A stretch of 64,000 nucleotides of DNA, taken from NCBI GenBank assembly GCA_937924995.1, contig CALEXY010000011.1, forward strand, positions 11,598-75,597. Direction: 5' to 3'. This DNA is from an uncultured Candidatus Saccharibacteria bacterium (GTDB taxonomy: Bacteria > Patescibacteriota > Saccharimonadia > Saccharimonadales > Saccharimonadaceae). A model generated the notes under the pieces. The model searched no databases. It was not told the origin of the DNA and saw nothing but the letters and a program-made list of their open reading frames with translations. This document shows, piece by piece, positions 1 to 9,873 of this stretch. A program made the position numbers and the translations under genes. Numbering within the stretch: the stretch's first letter is position 1; each line of letters starts with the position of its first letter.

Positions 1-2
1 TC

Positions 3-2549
3 ATTAATACCACGGGGAATAGTTTTAAAATTACCTCGGTATATGGCAGCAATAATAATCTGTCTAGTGATATGAATAATCAGTACGGCTACAATACTGA
101 AACCGTTGACAATAAGCTTTATAATTACATTCCAAACCTTCAATCACCAGCGTTAATCCGTAATGTCACCACTCAACTCACAGCTGCCGATGACTTTAAA
201 TTCAACCTAGGCTTTGCACTTCGCAATAATATCCCAGCAGGATCATACCAACGTAAATTAATTTTCACCCTCATCTCAGAAGGTGAGTCTACTGCCAAAA
301 TCGTCAATGGCCCCGAACTAAATAAAGCCCTCAAAAAGGGCCTTGGCATTACTGATCAAAATTATTTTAATGACCCATTAAAAACTACCAGCAATTCTTA
401 TTATCCTGATCTTAATATTTCAGTTGGTAAAAATAAATGTAGTAACGATATTACACCAGAACGCACGAGTTTAATTTCCACTCCAGATTCCGAAGCACCG
501 GTCTATCTTGGCGGATATCGTAACTCTTGGGATAAATACTGCATTTGGACACCTGCCACCAAGCTTATCTTCCCAGAAAATCTATCTTATATGTTCTCCG
601 GACTCACTAATATCAATAGAGATGTGTCTTTCACCTTTAATGATGGACGAGATAGTAACATGCTTGATTTTTCCAAAGTCAAAGATGCTTCACACCTCTT
701 TCATAAAACGACGGGTTATTATAGCAACAAATTTAAAGCCGATGAATTCACCAATTATCTGAAAAAGGCAGAAGTTGAAAATATAGAATCACTTTACGAA
801 GATTCTGGTATTTCCGTTATTGATGACACCTCTTTCATGTCAAATGCCAAAAATATTTCTAATCTTTTCAAAAACGCAAAATACCTTGAGACTGCCGATC
901 TTTCTACTTGGACTATTTCCGACATGGAAGACGCCTCATCTATTTTCGAAAATTCGGCACTACGAGAAATCAATCTCAGTAATTCAACCTTCGAAAACAC
1001 CACCAATACCCAAAATATGTTCAAAAATTCCGCCGCCACCACCATTACCCTCGGAAATGCAACTTTTAATAACGTTGAAAATGCTAGTGGAATGTTTGAA
1101 AACACCAAAGCCACCACGATTACTATGCCAAAAGCAACTTTCAATAACGTTGAAAATGCGAGTGGAATGTTTAAAAATGCTCAAGCTGCTACAATTAGTA
1201 TGCCAGAGGCAACATTTTCTAGCACCACTGACTTCTCAAACATGTTTAATGGTGCCACAAACGCAAGCAATATCGATCTATCCAAAATCACCTTTAGTGC
1301 GGCAACTAATCTTTCTGGGATGTTTAAAGACACTTCTGCCGATCAACTCGTATTAAACAATAATAATCTAGGCGGCAACAACATTACTGATATGTCCTAC
1401 ATGTTTGAAAATAGTAAGGTTAAAAATATCGACCTTGGTAGTATGCAAACTGGACCACTTACCGCAGTCGCTGGTATCTTTAAAGGTGCATCCGAACTTA
1501 AAACGGTCACCTTACCAACCGTCTTTAATACTTCAAATGTTACCGACATGAGCTCTCTTTTTGAAAATGCCTCTAAGCTCACAACTATTAATAATTTTGA
1601 TAAATTAGATATCAAAAATGCCCTTAATCTCAGTCACCTATTTGCCAATACACCATATCTATCACAAGCCAACATCATCCCGAATCTTAAAGCCGATAAA
1701 GTCACCAACACCTCGTATATGTTCGCAAAAGCTTATGCTAATGGCCCAGTAACCTTCCCAAGTACATTCAATACTGCAAATCTCACCGATATGAGTTATA
1801 TGTTCCAAAATCTAGATACTCCTCAACTTGATATTTCTCATTTTGACCTAAGTAATGTCACCACTCTGGAAGGCACATTTAGCTCAGAAAGTAAAACTTC
1901 TTCAGCTGGCAAGATTATCTGGCCAGGCAATAATCTGAATCTACCGCACCTAACCTCGATGCGTGGCCTATTTAAATACAATTCATACCATACTGAAATC
2001 ACCTTACCAATCTTCCATACTCCAAATCTTACCGACACTAGTTATATGTTCTATGGCATTGGCAATATCACAAAACTTGATAATATTAACACTCTCGAAA
2101 CCGCTAATGTTGAAAATATGGAGGGCATGTTCGGAGCTAATAGTTCTGGTCTTCTAAGGGGGACTAATGTAAAATTTGAATTTAATACTGGAAAAGTCAA
2201 GAATATGAGCTTTATGTTCAATAATACTTATGTGCTTAATCTTGACCTCAGCTCCTTTGATACTAGAAGTCTAGTCAATGCCGAAAGTATGTTCAACTAC
2301 ACCTGGCTAAAAATCCTTGACCTTACTAACTGGGATACTCGAAATCTTGAAAATACCACCGGCATGTTTGCTCAGTCGACCTGGCTCCAATATGTCTACG
2401 CCTCCGAAAGCTTCGTAACTACGAAAGTTACAAAATCTAATGATATGTTCTATGGCGTTACTTCCAACCTTAATTACATTGGCAATAATGTTTCTTACGC
2501 TCGCATCAATAAGCCTGGTGCTCCTGGTGCCTTCACCAAGAAAACATAA
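3..2549 (+). CDS. BspA/DUF285-type leucine-rich-repeat surface protein (5' partial; frame is open to the window edge)
   Basis: Many ~25-aa repeats of the form xxTxxVTDMSxMF; the frame has no stop from base 3 to the ATG at 72. Confidence 0.85.
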   Translation: MNTTGNSFKITSVYGSNNNLSSDMNNQYGYNTETVDNKLYNYIPNLQSPALIRNVTTQLTAADDFKFNLGFALRNNIPAGSYQRKLIFTLISEGESTAKIVNGPELNKALKKGLGITDQNYFNDPLKTTSNSYYPDLNISVGKNKCSNDITPERTSLISTPDSEAPVYLGGYRNSWDKYCIWTPATKLIFPENLSYMFSGLTNINRDVSFTFNDGRDSNMLDFSKVKDASHLFHKTTGYYSNKFKADEFTNYLKKAEVENIESLYEDSGISVIDDTSFMSNAKNISNLFKNAKYLETADLSTWTISDMEDASSIFENSALREINLSNSTFENTTNTQNMFKNSAATTITLGNATFNNVENASGMFENTKATTITMPKATFNNVENASGMFKNAQAATISMPEATFSSTTDFSNMFNGATNASNIDLSKITFSAATNLSGMFKDTSADQLVLNNNNLGGNNITDMSYMFENSKVKNIDLGSMQTGPLTAVAGIFKGASELKTVTLPTVFNTSNVTDMSSLFENASKLTTINNFDKLDIKNALNLSHLFANTPYLSQANIIPNLKADKVTNTSYMFAKAYANGPVTFPSTFNTANLTDMSYMFQNLDTPQLDISHFDLSNVTTLEGTFSSESKTSSAGKIIWPGNNLNLPHLTSMRGLFKYNSYHTEITLPIFHTPNLTDTSYMFYGIGNITKLDNINTLETANVENMEGMFGANSSGLLRGTNVKFEFNTGKVKNMSFMFNNTYVLNLDLSSFDTRSLVNAESMFNYTWLKILDLTNWDTRNLENTTGMFAQSTWLQYVYASESFVTTKVTKSNDMFYGVTSNLNYIGNNVSYARINKPGAPGAFTKKT
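1059..1217 (+). repeat. 75-bp (25-aa) tandem repeat inside the BspA-like gene
   Basis: gcaacttt(t/c)aataacgttgaaaatgc(t/g)agtggaatgttt at 1059 and 1134; a third, diverged unit starts at 1209. Confidence 0.9.
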
Positions 2550-2552
2550 ACT

Positions 2553-2584
2553 AAAATACCCCACAGCATCTGGGGTATTTTTTT
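2553..2584 (+). terminator. Intrinsic terminator of the BspA-like gene
   Basis: aaaatacccca-cagcatc-tggggtatttt followed by a T run. Confidence 0.85.
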
Positions 2585-2610
2585 ATTTTCTGTAGAAATA
2601 TGTAACAAAA

Positions 2611-2695
2611 ATCAACTATTCACTCATCCTTCAGGAGTTAGCCATAAAAAAACATCAACTATTCACTCATTCTTAAAAAATAAGCCATAAAAAAT
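2611..2695. repeat. Degenerate 43-bp tandem duplication
   Basis: atcaactattcactcat at 2611 and 2654, each followed by agccataaaaaa. Confidence 0.85.
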
Positions 2696-2718
2696 ATCCC
2701 ACTCTGGTGGGATATTTT
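2689..2718 (-). terminator. Intrinsic terminator of rplJL
   Basis: aaaatatcccac-tctg-gtgggatatttt. Confidence 0.85.
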
Positions 2719-2747
2719 CGATAAATTCGTAAACTTCAGAGTTTTAA

Positions 2748-3119
2748 TTAAGCTAATTCGATGACAGCACCAGCTTCTTCGAGAGTTTTCTTCAAAGCTT
2801 CAGCTTCGTCTTTCTTAACGTTTTCTTTTACGGTTGAAGGAGCACCATCAACGAGGGCTTTAGCTTCACCAAGACCAAGACCGGTAGCTTCTTTAACAGC
2901 CTTGATTACAGCGATCTTTTGAGCGCCAGCGTCCTTAAGAACGACGTTGAATTCAGATTTGCCTTCTTCTTCGGCGGCAGCGGCAGGAGCAGCAGCAACA
3001 GCAACAGCAGCAGCAGCTGGTTCGATACCGTATTCATCTTTGAGAGTATTTTTGAGTTCGTTTACTTCAAGAACAGTAAGATTTACTAATTCTTCAGCAA
3101 GTTTTTTAATATCAGCCAT
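2748..3119 (-). CDS. rplL: 50S ribosomal protein L7/L12
   Basis: [10 protein letters not shown], Ala-rich hinge, [27 protein letters not shown]. Confidence 0.98.
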   Translation of the reverse strand: MADIKKLAEELVNLTVLEVNELKNTLKDEYGIEPAAAAVAVAAAPAAAAEEEGKSEFNVVLKDAGAQKIAVIKAVKEATGLGLGEAKALVDGAPSTVKENVKKDEAEALKKTLEEAGAVIELA

Positions 3120-3164
3120 ATTAGACCTTTCGAAAAATTAAATTTGTTATTAATAGTACACTTG

Positions 3165-3680
3165 TTACTTGTTTTCTAAGCCAGAAACAATTCCGGAAAG
3201 ACCACCAGCGAGAGCTGAGATGGAATCGTTGACTGGGGAAAGCAATTGAGCCACCACCTGGGCGACCAATTCGTTCTTGGAAGGAAGAGCTGCAAGAGCA
3301 TTGATCTCTGCGGTATCCAAGGCGTTGCCAGTTTCAGAAAAACCACCCAAAAGTTCGAAAGCTTTGTGGGTCTTACCAAACTCTGCCAAAATCTTAGCAG
3401 GAGCGATTTCGTCGGTATCAGAAATTGCATAAACTAATTGACCAGTAAGGCGAGTAGTATCGGTGTCTTTGTAGACAGCGATTTCATTCATCGCAACACG
3501 AACCAAGCGGTTCTTCACGATTTTGATTTTCACACCCTGCTCACGAGCACTGTGACGTAACTCTTCGAGTTCAGCTACAGACAAACCTTGGTAGTTTGCA
3601 TAAGCAGTTAGTTTAGCTTCTGATAAAAGCTTAGTTAAATCTGCAACCAATGTATTCTTTTTATCTTTGGAAATTGCCAT
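3165..3680 (-). CDS. rplJ: 50S ribosomal protein L10
   Basis: YQGLSVAELEELR, IVKNRL, LAALPSK; directly upstream of rplL. Confidence 0.97.
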   Translation of the reverse strand: MAISKDKKNTLVADLTKLLSEAKLTAYANYQGLSVAELEELRHSAREQGVKIKIVKNRLVRVAMNEIAVYKDTDTTRLTGQLVYAISDTDEIAPAKILAEFGKTHKAFELLGGFSETGNALDTAEINALAALPSKNELVAQVVAQLLSPVNDSISALAGGLSGIVSGLENK

Positions 3681-3738
3681 AAAAAGTTCCCTTGATTGTT
3701 AAATTTTTTATTAAAAAGTTTACGAATTTTTAATTTTC

Positions 3739-3812
3739 GTTACCAGAAAAATTAATTAGAAGATTTTCCTCGGCGACTTTATTAAGATTACTCCGTCGCT
3801 GTCTTTGGTAAC
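3739..3812 (-). ncRNA. L10 leader (r-protein autoregulatory RNA)
   Basis: Minus strand reads gttaccaaAGACAGCgacggagtaatcTTAAtaaagtcGCCGAGG...tggtaac, matching L10-leader motifs, in the rplJ 5' UTR. Confidence 0.8.
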
Positions 3813-3819
3813 TTCCTAC

Positions 3820-3848
3820 ATTATATCAGAGAGAAGGGAAAAATGCAA
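3820..3848 (-). promoter_or_regulatory. sigma70 promoter of rplJL
   Basis: TTGCAT-N17-TATAAT on the minus strand just upstream of the L10 leader. Confidence 0.75.
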
Positions 3849-3864
3849 ACCATCACTACTTATT

Positions 3865-4296
3865 TTATTCGTGATGGTATTTTCCACCATGCAAAATTTC
3901 TTGGGTGCGATAAATCTGCTCCACTAACATCACTCGCATCAGTTGATGAGGGAAGACCAGATTCGAAAAACTCCAGACCACATCGGATTTCTTTCTCACT
4001 TCCTCCGTCACACCATACGCACCGCCAATAATTAAAACAATTTCTTTCCCAAAATTAAACTCTTTCGACATAATTTCCGCGATTTGGCTATTCTTAAAAT
4101 TCACTCCGCGTTCATCAAGTAAAATCACAAACTCCCGTCCCGAAAAAGGCCAGTTAGCTAAATACTCCTCGAGCTTTTTCTCTTCGAAAAACTGCCATTT
4201 GATATCAAACGGTTTCTTCAAACGCTTTTCGTATTCCGAAATCATTCCCACAATCTCTGGAATATGCTTCTTGCCGCCAGCAATAATTTTTATCAT
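3865..4296 (-). CDS. rlmH: 23S rRNA pseudouridine-1915 methyltransferase RlmH
   Basis: LLDERG, IIGGAYG, LVFPHQLMRVMLVEQIYR, GKYHHE; start moved to MIKII. Confidence 0.95.
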   Translation of the reverse strand: MIKIIAGGKKHIPEIVGMISEYEKRLKKPFDIKWQFFEEKKLEEYLANWPFSGREFVILLDERGVNFKNSQIAEIMSKEFNFGKEIVLIIGGAYGVTEEVRKKSDVVWSFSNLVFPHQLMRVMLVEQIYRTQEILHGGKYHHE

Positions 4297-4447
4297 ACCT
4301 CTATCATAAACGATTTTTCGAAAAATAGCATTTTTTAACATAATTTCCCCATAAAGTCCACTAATTTTAGTCCTATCTTCCTTGACATTTTTCCAAAAAG
4401 GCCGTACGATTAGAGTGATATTTATTAAACAGACAGGATGCGAGGTG

Positions 4448-4966
4448 ATGTCTGAATTACCAGAAAAACAAATAAAACGACTCCGTTCTCTTATTCAAGA
4501 AGCAGAAACCAATTTGGCCGCCGCCAAAGAACTTTTGATTTCGATGCTTGGAGACGGGGAAACCATTACTACCCCGAGAGAAGTAGTTATTAGTAATAAC
4601 GAAGGCAAGATTATCGAAGGTGTCTTTGATGGTCAAATTATGATCGACCAAGACGGTAAGAACTATCCAGTTCCAGCCAACTACGCCAGTAAGTCCAAGC
4701 TTGTCGAAGGTGACATTATGAAGCTCACCATCACGAAGGAAGGCAAATTCCTCTACAAGCAAATCGGACCAGTCGAACGCAAGACCGTAATCGGTACTTT
4801 GATTCGCCATGACGACAAATATTTTGTCGAAGTTAATGGTCGCGAATACGAAATTCTTTATGCATCGGTAACCTATTTCCGTCTCAAAGAAGGTTCTCAG
4901 GTTTCAGTAGTCATTCCAGCGAACAACGATGACGCCAATTGGGCTGCCGTCGAGGCGTCGCTCTAA
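4448..4966 (+). CDS. Conserved hypothetical protein (CPR-type; N-terminal coil plus beta-rich domains)
   Basis: IIEGVFDGQ..YPVPANYASKSKLVEGD..FLYKQIGP motif; gaggtg RBS. Confidence 0.75.
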   Translation: MSELPEKQIKRLRSLIQEAETNLAAAKELLISMLGDGETITTPREVVISNNEGKIIEGVFDGQIMIDQDGKNYPVPANYASKSKLVEGDIMKLTITKEGKFLYKQIGPVERKTVIGTLIRHDDKYFVEVNGREYEILYASVTYFRLKEGSQVSVVIPANNDDANWAAVEASL

Positions 4967-4968
4967 AT

Positions 4969-6624
4969 ATGACGAAAGCCCTTTATCGTAAATACCGTCC
5001 ACTTAAGCTCGCAGACGTTGTTGGTCAAGACGATACGATTCGTCAGTTACAAACTCAACTCACTAATCAAAAAATTTCTCACGGCTATCTTTTTGTCGGC
5101 GCCAGAGGCTGCGGCAAAACTTCGGTAGCCCGTATTTTTGCTCACGAGATTAATCATTTCGACTATCAACTCGAGGATAATTATGTCGACATTATCGAAA
5201 TCGATGCCGCCGTTTTTACTATGGTGGAGAACATCCGTGAATTACGCGACAAGGCCATGCTTGCCCCGACCACTGGCAAATATAAGGTCTACATCATTGA
5301 CGAAATTCATATGCTCTCGAAAAATGCCTTTAATGCGCTTCTAAAAATTCTCGAGGAACCACCAGAGCATATTGTTTTTATTTTTGCCACTACCAACCCA
5401 GAAAAAATCCCTGCCACCATCCTTTCGCGCGTACAGATTTTCCATTTTAAGCTGGCCGATAAATCTATCATGCAACCATTCCTCGAAAATATTTGCCAAA
5501 AAGAGGGAATCAACATCGAAAAAGACGCTCTTTCACTACTCATCGAGCAAGGTGGCGGTTCCTTCCGTGATTCTTTATCAATTCTCGATCAGTTAAGCAA
5601 TCTTCATCCTGATAAATCCACCCTGATTACTACCGAAGAAGTTTCTTCCGCCTTGGGTGTACCTAAGCAGGTTCTAATTCAAGAGATATTAACAAGTTAC
5701 GAACAGGAAAATGTTAACCAAATACGCAGTCTCGTCGAAGAATTAATTAATCAAGGCAATAAAGCCGAAGGTATCGCGACTAGCCTCATCAAAGCCATCG
5801 TCCAAAATCCTACCGCCAAAAATCTTCACCTCATCGAAAAGCTTTATGCCGTAAATGGTGAGTTTGCCAGTGCCAAGCTCATTGTCGCCCTAATTTTAGA
5901 TCATTTTAAAGCTGCACCGATTACCATCTCTGCCCCTTCAGCTCCACAAATTCAGGCCACCAAGACCCCAGTAACTACCCAAACACCAGATGCAGTACGC
6001 GCACAGGCGACCGCAGAAACCTCCATATCCACGGGGGGACCCATCGCCGAACCGGCAGCCCCAGTGACCCCTGCAGCCCCTGCAGCTCCGGTAACCCCGG
6101 TAGAACCCGCCAAGCCTTCGATTGACCCTGAAATCCGCGAACGCTTAGTAAAGATTTCCAAGTCCAAACTTACTGAAAAAATCCAAGAACGTGCAGAGAT
6201 TCAAAATCAACAAGTTCAGGTCGAAGCCATGACGATTCCAGAGGCCGTAGTTTCTGGTTCTGGTGATTTTAGCGCCAAGGGCTTCTTGGAAAACATCAGA
6301 AACATCGCAGAAACCCTTTTCGTTCCGCTTAATAAATCCTATTTTACTTACAAATCTAATCAATTAGAAATTTACCCGAGCGCCAAGGTTTGGTTCAACA
6401 TTTTAAACAGTAAAAACAACCTCGAGGTGCTAAGAACTGCCATTAATGGCCTTAATATTATCATCATGAATCCTGACGAGCACAAAATTCCGAGTACCGC
6501 CGTCGACTTTAATCAATTTAGTGCAGGCAAATTAGAGGCTGCGCCAAAATCCGACGACACTTCACTCAGCGCAATTTCTGATATAATGGGAAACATACAA
6601 GAACTTGAAGATAGTCCATTCTAG
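4969..6624 (+). CDS. dnaX: DNA polymerase III subunit gamma/tau
   Basis: LYRKYRP, GARGCGKT Walker A, IIDEIHML, TILSR; Pro/Ala linker. Confidence 0.97.
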   Translation: MTKALYRKYRPLKLADVVGQDDTIRQLQTQLTNQKISHGYLFVGARGCGKTSVARIFAHEINHFDYQLEDNYVDIIEIDAAVFTMVENIRELRDKAMLAPTTGKYKVYIIDEIHMLSKNAFNALLKILEEPPEHIVFIFATTNPEKIPATILSRVQIFHFKLADKSIMQPFLENICQKEGINIEKDALSLLIEQGGGSFRDSLSILDQLSNLHPDKSTLITTEEVSSALGVPKQVLIQEILTSYEQENVNQIRSLVEELINQGNKAEGIATSLIKAIVQNPTAKNLHLIEKLYAVNGEFASAKLIVALILDHFKAAPITISAPSAPQIQATKTPVTTQTPDAVRAQATAETSISTGGPIAEPAAPVTPAAPAAPVTPVEPAKPSIDPEIRERLVKISKSKLTEKIQERAEIQNQQVQVEAMTIPEAVVSGSGDFSAKGFLENIRNIAETLFVPLNKSYFTYKSNQLEIYPSAKVWFNILNSKNNLEVLRTAINGLNIIIMNPDEHKIPSTAVDFNQFSAGKLEAAPKSDDTSLSAISDIMGNIQELEDSPF

Positions 6625-6632
6625 GAGGTAAT

Positions 6633-8030
6633 ATGGCGGAACCAGCTCAACCAAGGTCGCAAAAATCGACCATTTCTCAAAATGACCCCAGTCTTTTTGG
6701 CGGTAAAGTTCCACCTCAAAATATTGAAGCTGAAAAATCTCTCCTTGGCTCCATTCTACTCGACAGTACGACCTTCCCAGACATTCTTGAAAAACTTAAA
6801 CCTATTGATTTTTATCACCAAATTCATGGACATATTTACCGTGCCATGATGAATCTGTATGAACGTAGTCAACCGATCGACCTCGTCACTTTGACTTCCG
6901 AGCTTAAATCCATGAAACTTCTCAAGGAAGTCGGTGGTGCGACCTATATTTCTAATCTCACCATGGTCGTGCCAACCGCCGCCAATGCCTTATCTTACGC
7001 TAATCTCGTAGAACAAGCTTCAATTCGTCGCCGTCTCATCAAGGCTGGCACCGAAATCGCTACCAAGGCCTACGATTCCGCCAATGAAGTGGGCGCCATG
7101 CTGGGGCAAGCCGAAAAAGAACTTTTTGCGGTTTCTGATAGTAATACAAAAACCGATTACACCGCACTTTCCGACCTTCTAGTCGACGCTTATGACCGTA
7201 TGGAAATGCTCAGCAAAAATAAAGGTGCTCTCCGTGGTCTTAAGACTGGCTTTCGTGATCTTGACAACAAAACCGCCGGCCTCCAAAAGGGCGACCTGAT
7301 TATTATCGGTGCACGTCCGGCCATGGGTAAAACCACTTTTGCCCAAAACCTAGCCTATAATGTTGCCGGCATTAATAAATGTGGTGTCCTTTTCTTTTCT
7401 ATGGAGATGGCAAAAAATGAAATTGTCGATCGTATTATTTCCACCACCTCTAATGTTGACTCTTGGCGCATCCGTACTGGTAATATCTCCAACGATGACT
7501 TCGCTAAAATTGGCGATGCCCTTGGCGAAATGGGTGAAATTCCACTCTATCTAGACGATACTAGCTCTATGACTATTCTCGAGCTTCGCAATAAAGCTCG
7601 TCGCGCTCATCACGATCACAATATTGGCTTAATTATCGTCGACTACCTCCAGTTGATTACTGGTTCCGACCGCTATGCCGGTAACCGTGTGCAAGAGGTG
7701 ACCGAAATTTCTCGTGGCCTCAAAATTCTTGCCCGTGAACTTGAGATTCCAGTAATTGCCCTCGCTCAGCTCTCTCGTGGTGTCACTGGCCGTGATGATC
7801 CAAGACCAGTACTTTCTGACCTTCGTGAATCCGGTTCCATCGAGCAGGATGCTGACCTTGTAATGTTCCTGCACCGTGTCGACTACTACCACCAGGAAGA
7901 GGGTTACGAGCCAACTAATATTACCGAACTTTTGATGGCCAAGCACCGTCACGGCGCCATCGGTAAGATTGAACTCTACTTCCATCCAGAATTACTACGC
8001 TTCATGAATCTCGACAAAACCCGCGAATAA
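6633..8030 (+). CDS. dnaB: Replicative DNA helicase
   Basis: PPQNIEAE, ARPAMGKT, VDYLQL, LRESGSIEQDAD, KHRHG. Confidence 0.98.
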   Translation: MAEPAQPRSQKSTISQNDPSLFGGKVPPQNIEAEKSLLGSILLDSTTFPDILEKLKPIDFYHQIHGHIYRAMMNLYERSQPIDLVTLTSELKSMKLLKEVGGATYISNLTMVVPTAANALSYANLVEQASIRRRLIKAGTEIATKAYDSANEVGAMLGQAEKELFAVSDSNTKTDYTALSDLLVDAYDRMEMLSKNKGALRGLKTGFRDLDNKTAGLQKGDLIIIGARPAMGKTTFAQNLAYNVAGINKCGVLFFSMEMAKNEIVDRIISTTSNVDSWRIRTGNISNDDFAKIGDALGEMGEIPLYLDDTSSMTILELRNKARRAHHDHNIGLIIVDYLQLITGSDRYAGNRVQEVTEISRGLKILARELEIPVIALAQLSRGVTGRDDPRPVLSDLRESGSIEQDADLVMFLHRVDYYHQEEGYEPTNITELLMAKHRHGAIGKIELYFHPELLRFMNLDKTRE

Positions 8031-8056
8031 ATCTGCAAATTTGCTATAATAGAAAC

Positions 8057-9520
8057 GTGGGTAAACTCAATCCAAACAAATACTTCTTATTTCGCCATCG
8101 TTTCAAACTTGGCTACTTACTACTTGGATTAATTTTTACGGGTTTACTTTTCTTTTTACCGCTCGTCACCCCGAACGGCCTCTCGAATGACGAATTTAAT
8201 TTCACCACCAAAACCTTTGAATTGAATCGCCACACGATTTTTCGCGAGGTAATTGTCGACCTACCTTATCATTTACTCCAAAAGGGAATCTTTAAAATTC
8301 TTGGTGTTTCACCCTACACTATTATGCTTCCTAGCGTGATTATTGGCGCGATTACCTGTATTTTGATTATTCTTTTACTTAACCGCTGGTTCAAAAACAA
8401 CACTGCCATCATGGCCAGCATCATCACCGTGCTTTCTTCCAGCTTCCTTTTTATCTCTGGTAGCGGCACCGCCTTAATCATGATTTTATTTTGGACCACC
8501 TTATTACTCTGGCTCGGTTCCAAAGTTCAGGGCGAAAACAAACCAAAGGCCAGTTGGTGCTTCCTCTTTGGTATTTTTATGTGTCTAAGTATTTTTACTC
8601 CATACATGCTCTACCTAGATTTCTTTATTTTAATCTACGTTTTCGTTCATCCACATCTACGTTTTACTCTGAAAAATCTGCCGAAGATTCCACTCGGGAT
8701 TTTCAGCCTAATGGTGATTTCTGCAGTGACCATATTAATTTTACGTGGACTAAAACACCCAGAAATTTTCACCGAATTACTTCTCATGCCGAATTTTTCT
8801 TTTACCAACTACTTCCATAACCTCGGAAACGCTGTACGGGTAGCAATCACCTGGAACGGATTGGTTGAAAGCACTTTTCTTGCTCCGCTTTATGGCTTAC
8901 CGGCCATTACTCTAGCCATTATTGGCTTCATCTCGACCTTCAAGGGCTTCTTTGCCTCCCGAAATTCCATGGCCTTCCTACTCACTATTTTCACCCTATT
9001 AATTTCTGGCCTCAATTCACAAATGATTATTCTTTTCATCCTACCACTCGCAATCCTAGTGGCTCACGGCATGAAATACATTCTGCATAAATGGTCCAGT
9101 ATTTTCCCATATAATCCCTATGCCAAGGTTATTGGTGTACTTCCGATTGGCTTATTTATGCTTATTGTTATTGTTTCAGACCTCAATCATTTTATTTACG
9201 GCTATCGCTATAGCGCACCGGTTGCTAACCAATTCACTAACGACATAAAACTACTCAATCGTTATTACAAAAATCATTTACTCTATCTACCAGATAATCA
9301 AGAAAATCGTAATTTTTATGTCCATTTAGCTAACTCATACACCATCTTTAACAAAACTCCGAAATATCAATACATCTCAGATCTTAGTGAGAATACTGAG
9401 AAGCATAGTATTATTAGTTTCGAGAAAATTACCGATACCGAAAATTATGAACTCGAACATATCGTGACCAACGAAAAATCTCAAAATGCAGACCGTCTCT
9501 ATCTTTATAAATCTAAGTAA
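8057..9520 (+). CDS. GT-C fold (PMT/ArnT, GT39-like) membrane glycosyltransferase
   Basis: About 11 TM helices, N-terminal loop with SNDE and DLPYHLLQ, soluble C-terminal domain; GTG start. Confidence 0.55.
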   Translation: MGKLNPNKYFLFRHRFKLGYLLLGLIFTGLLFFLPLVTPNGLSNDEFNFTTKTFELNRHTIFREVIVDLPYHLLQKGIFKILGVSPYTIMLPSVIIGAITCILIILLLNRWFKNNTAIMASIITVLSSSFLFISGSGTALIMILFWTTLLLWLGSKVQGENKPKASWCFLFGIFMCLSIFTPYMLYLDFFILIYVFVHPHLRFTLKNLPKIPLGIFSLMVISAVTILILRGLKHPEIFTELLLMPNFSFTNYFHNLGNAVRVAITWNGLVESTFLAPLYGLPAITLAIIGFISTFKGFFASRNSMAFLLTIFTLLISGLNSQMIILFILPLAILVAHGMKYILHKWSSIFPYNPYAKVIGVLPIGLFMLIVIVSDLNHFIYGYRYSAPVANQFTNDIKLLNRYYKNHLLYLPDNQENRNFYVHLANSYTIFNKTPKYQYISDLSENTEKHSIISFEKITDTENYELEHIVTNEKSQNADRLYLYKSK

Positions 9521-9570
9521 GAGATGCTATAATAAATATTAATTAAGAATAGAGAATAATAGGAGAAATT

Positions 9571-9873
9571 ATGGGTGCTACCTTTGACCAGATGAAAATG
9601 CTTAATGAACTTCGTAAAGCACAAAAAGATCTCAAAAATGAAATCGTAGAAGTAGAAGCTGGTGACGGCGCTGTCGTGGTCCAGATTACCGGTGAATTAA
9701 AAGTAAAAAAAGTCACCATTGATCCAGAACGTGTTGATCTCGAAGACATCGCCGAACTCGAACGTTGGATTGAAAACTGTTTCCGCGATGGCTACGCTAA
9801 AGCCCAAGAAATTGCCGCCGACAAAATGAAGCCTTTGATGGGCCAACTTGGCAACCTAGGACTTGGCGCTTAA
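9571..9873 (+). CDS. ybaB: YbaB/EbfC nucleoid-associated protein
   Basis: EAGDGAVVVQITG..VTIDP; adjacent to recR. Confidence 0.92.
   Translation: MGATFDQMKMLNELRKAQKDLKNEIVEVEAGDGAVVVQITGELKVKKVTIDPERVDLEDIAELERWIENCFRDGYAKAQEIAADKMKPLMGQLGNLGLGA

Noticed and set aside
5490..6050. dnaX programmed frameshift or slippage producing gamma
   Set aside because: No A AAA AAG heptamer or A9 run at a suitable position; the G6 run at ~6033 alone is insufficient evidence
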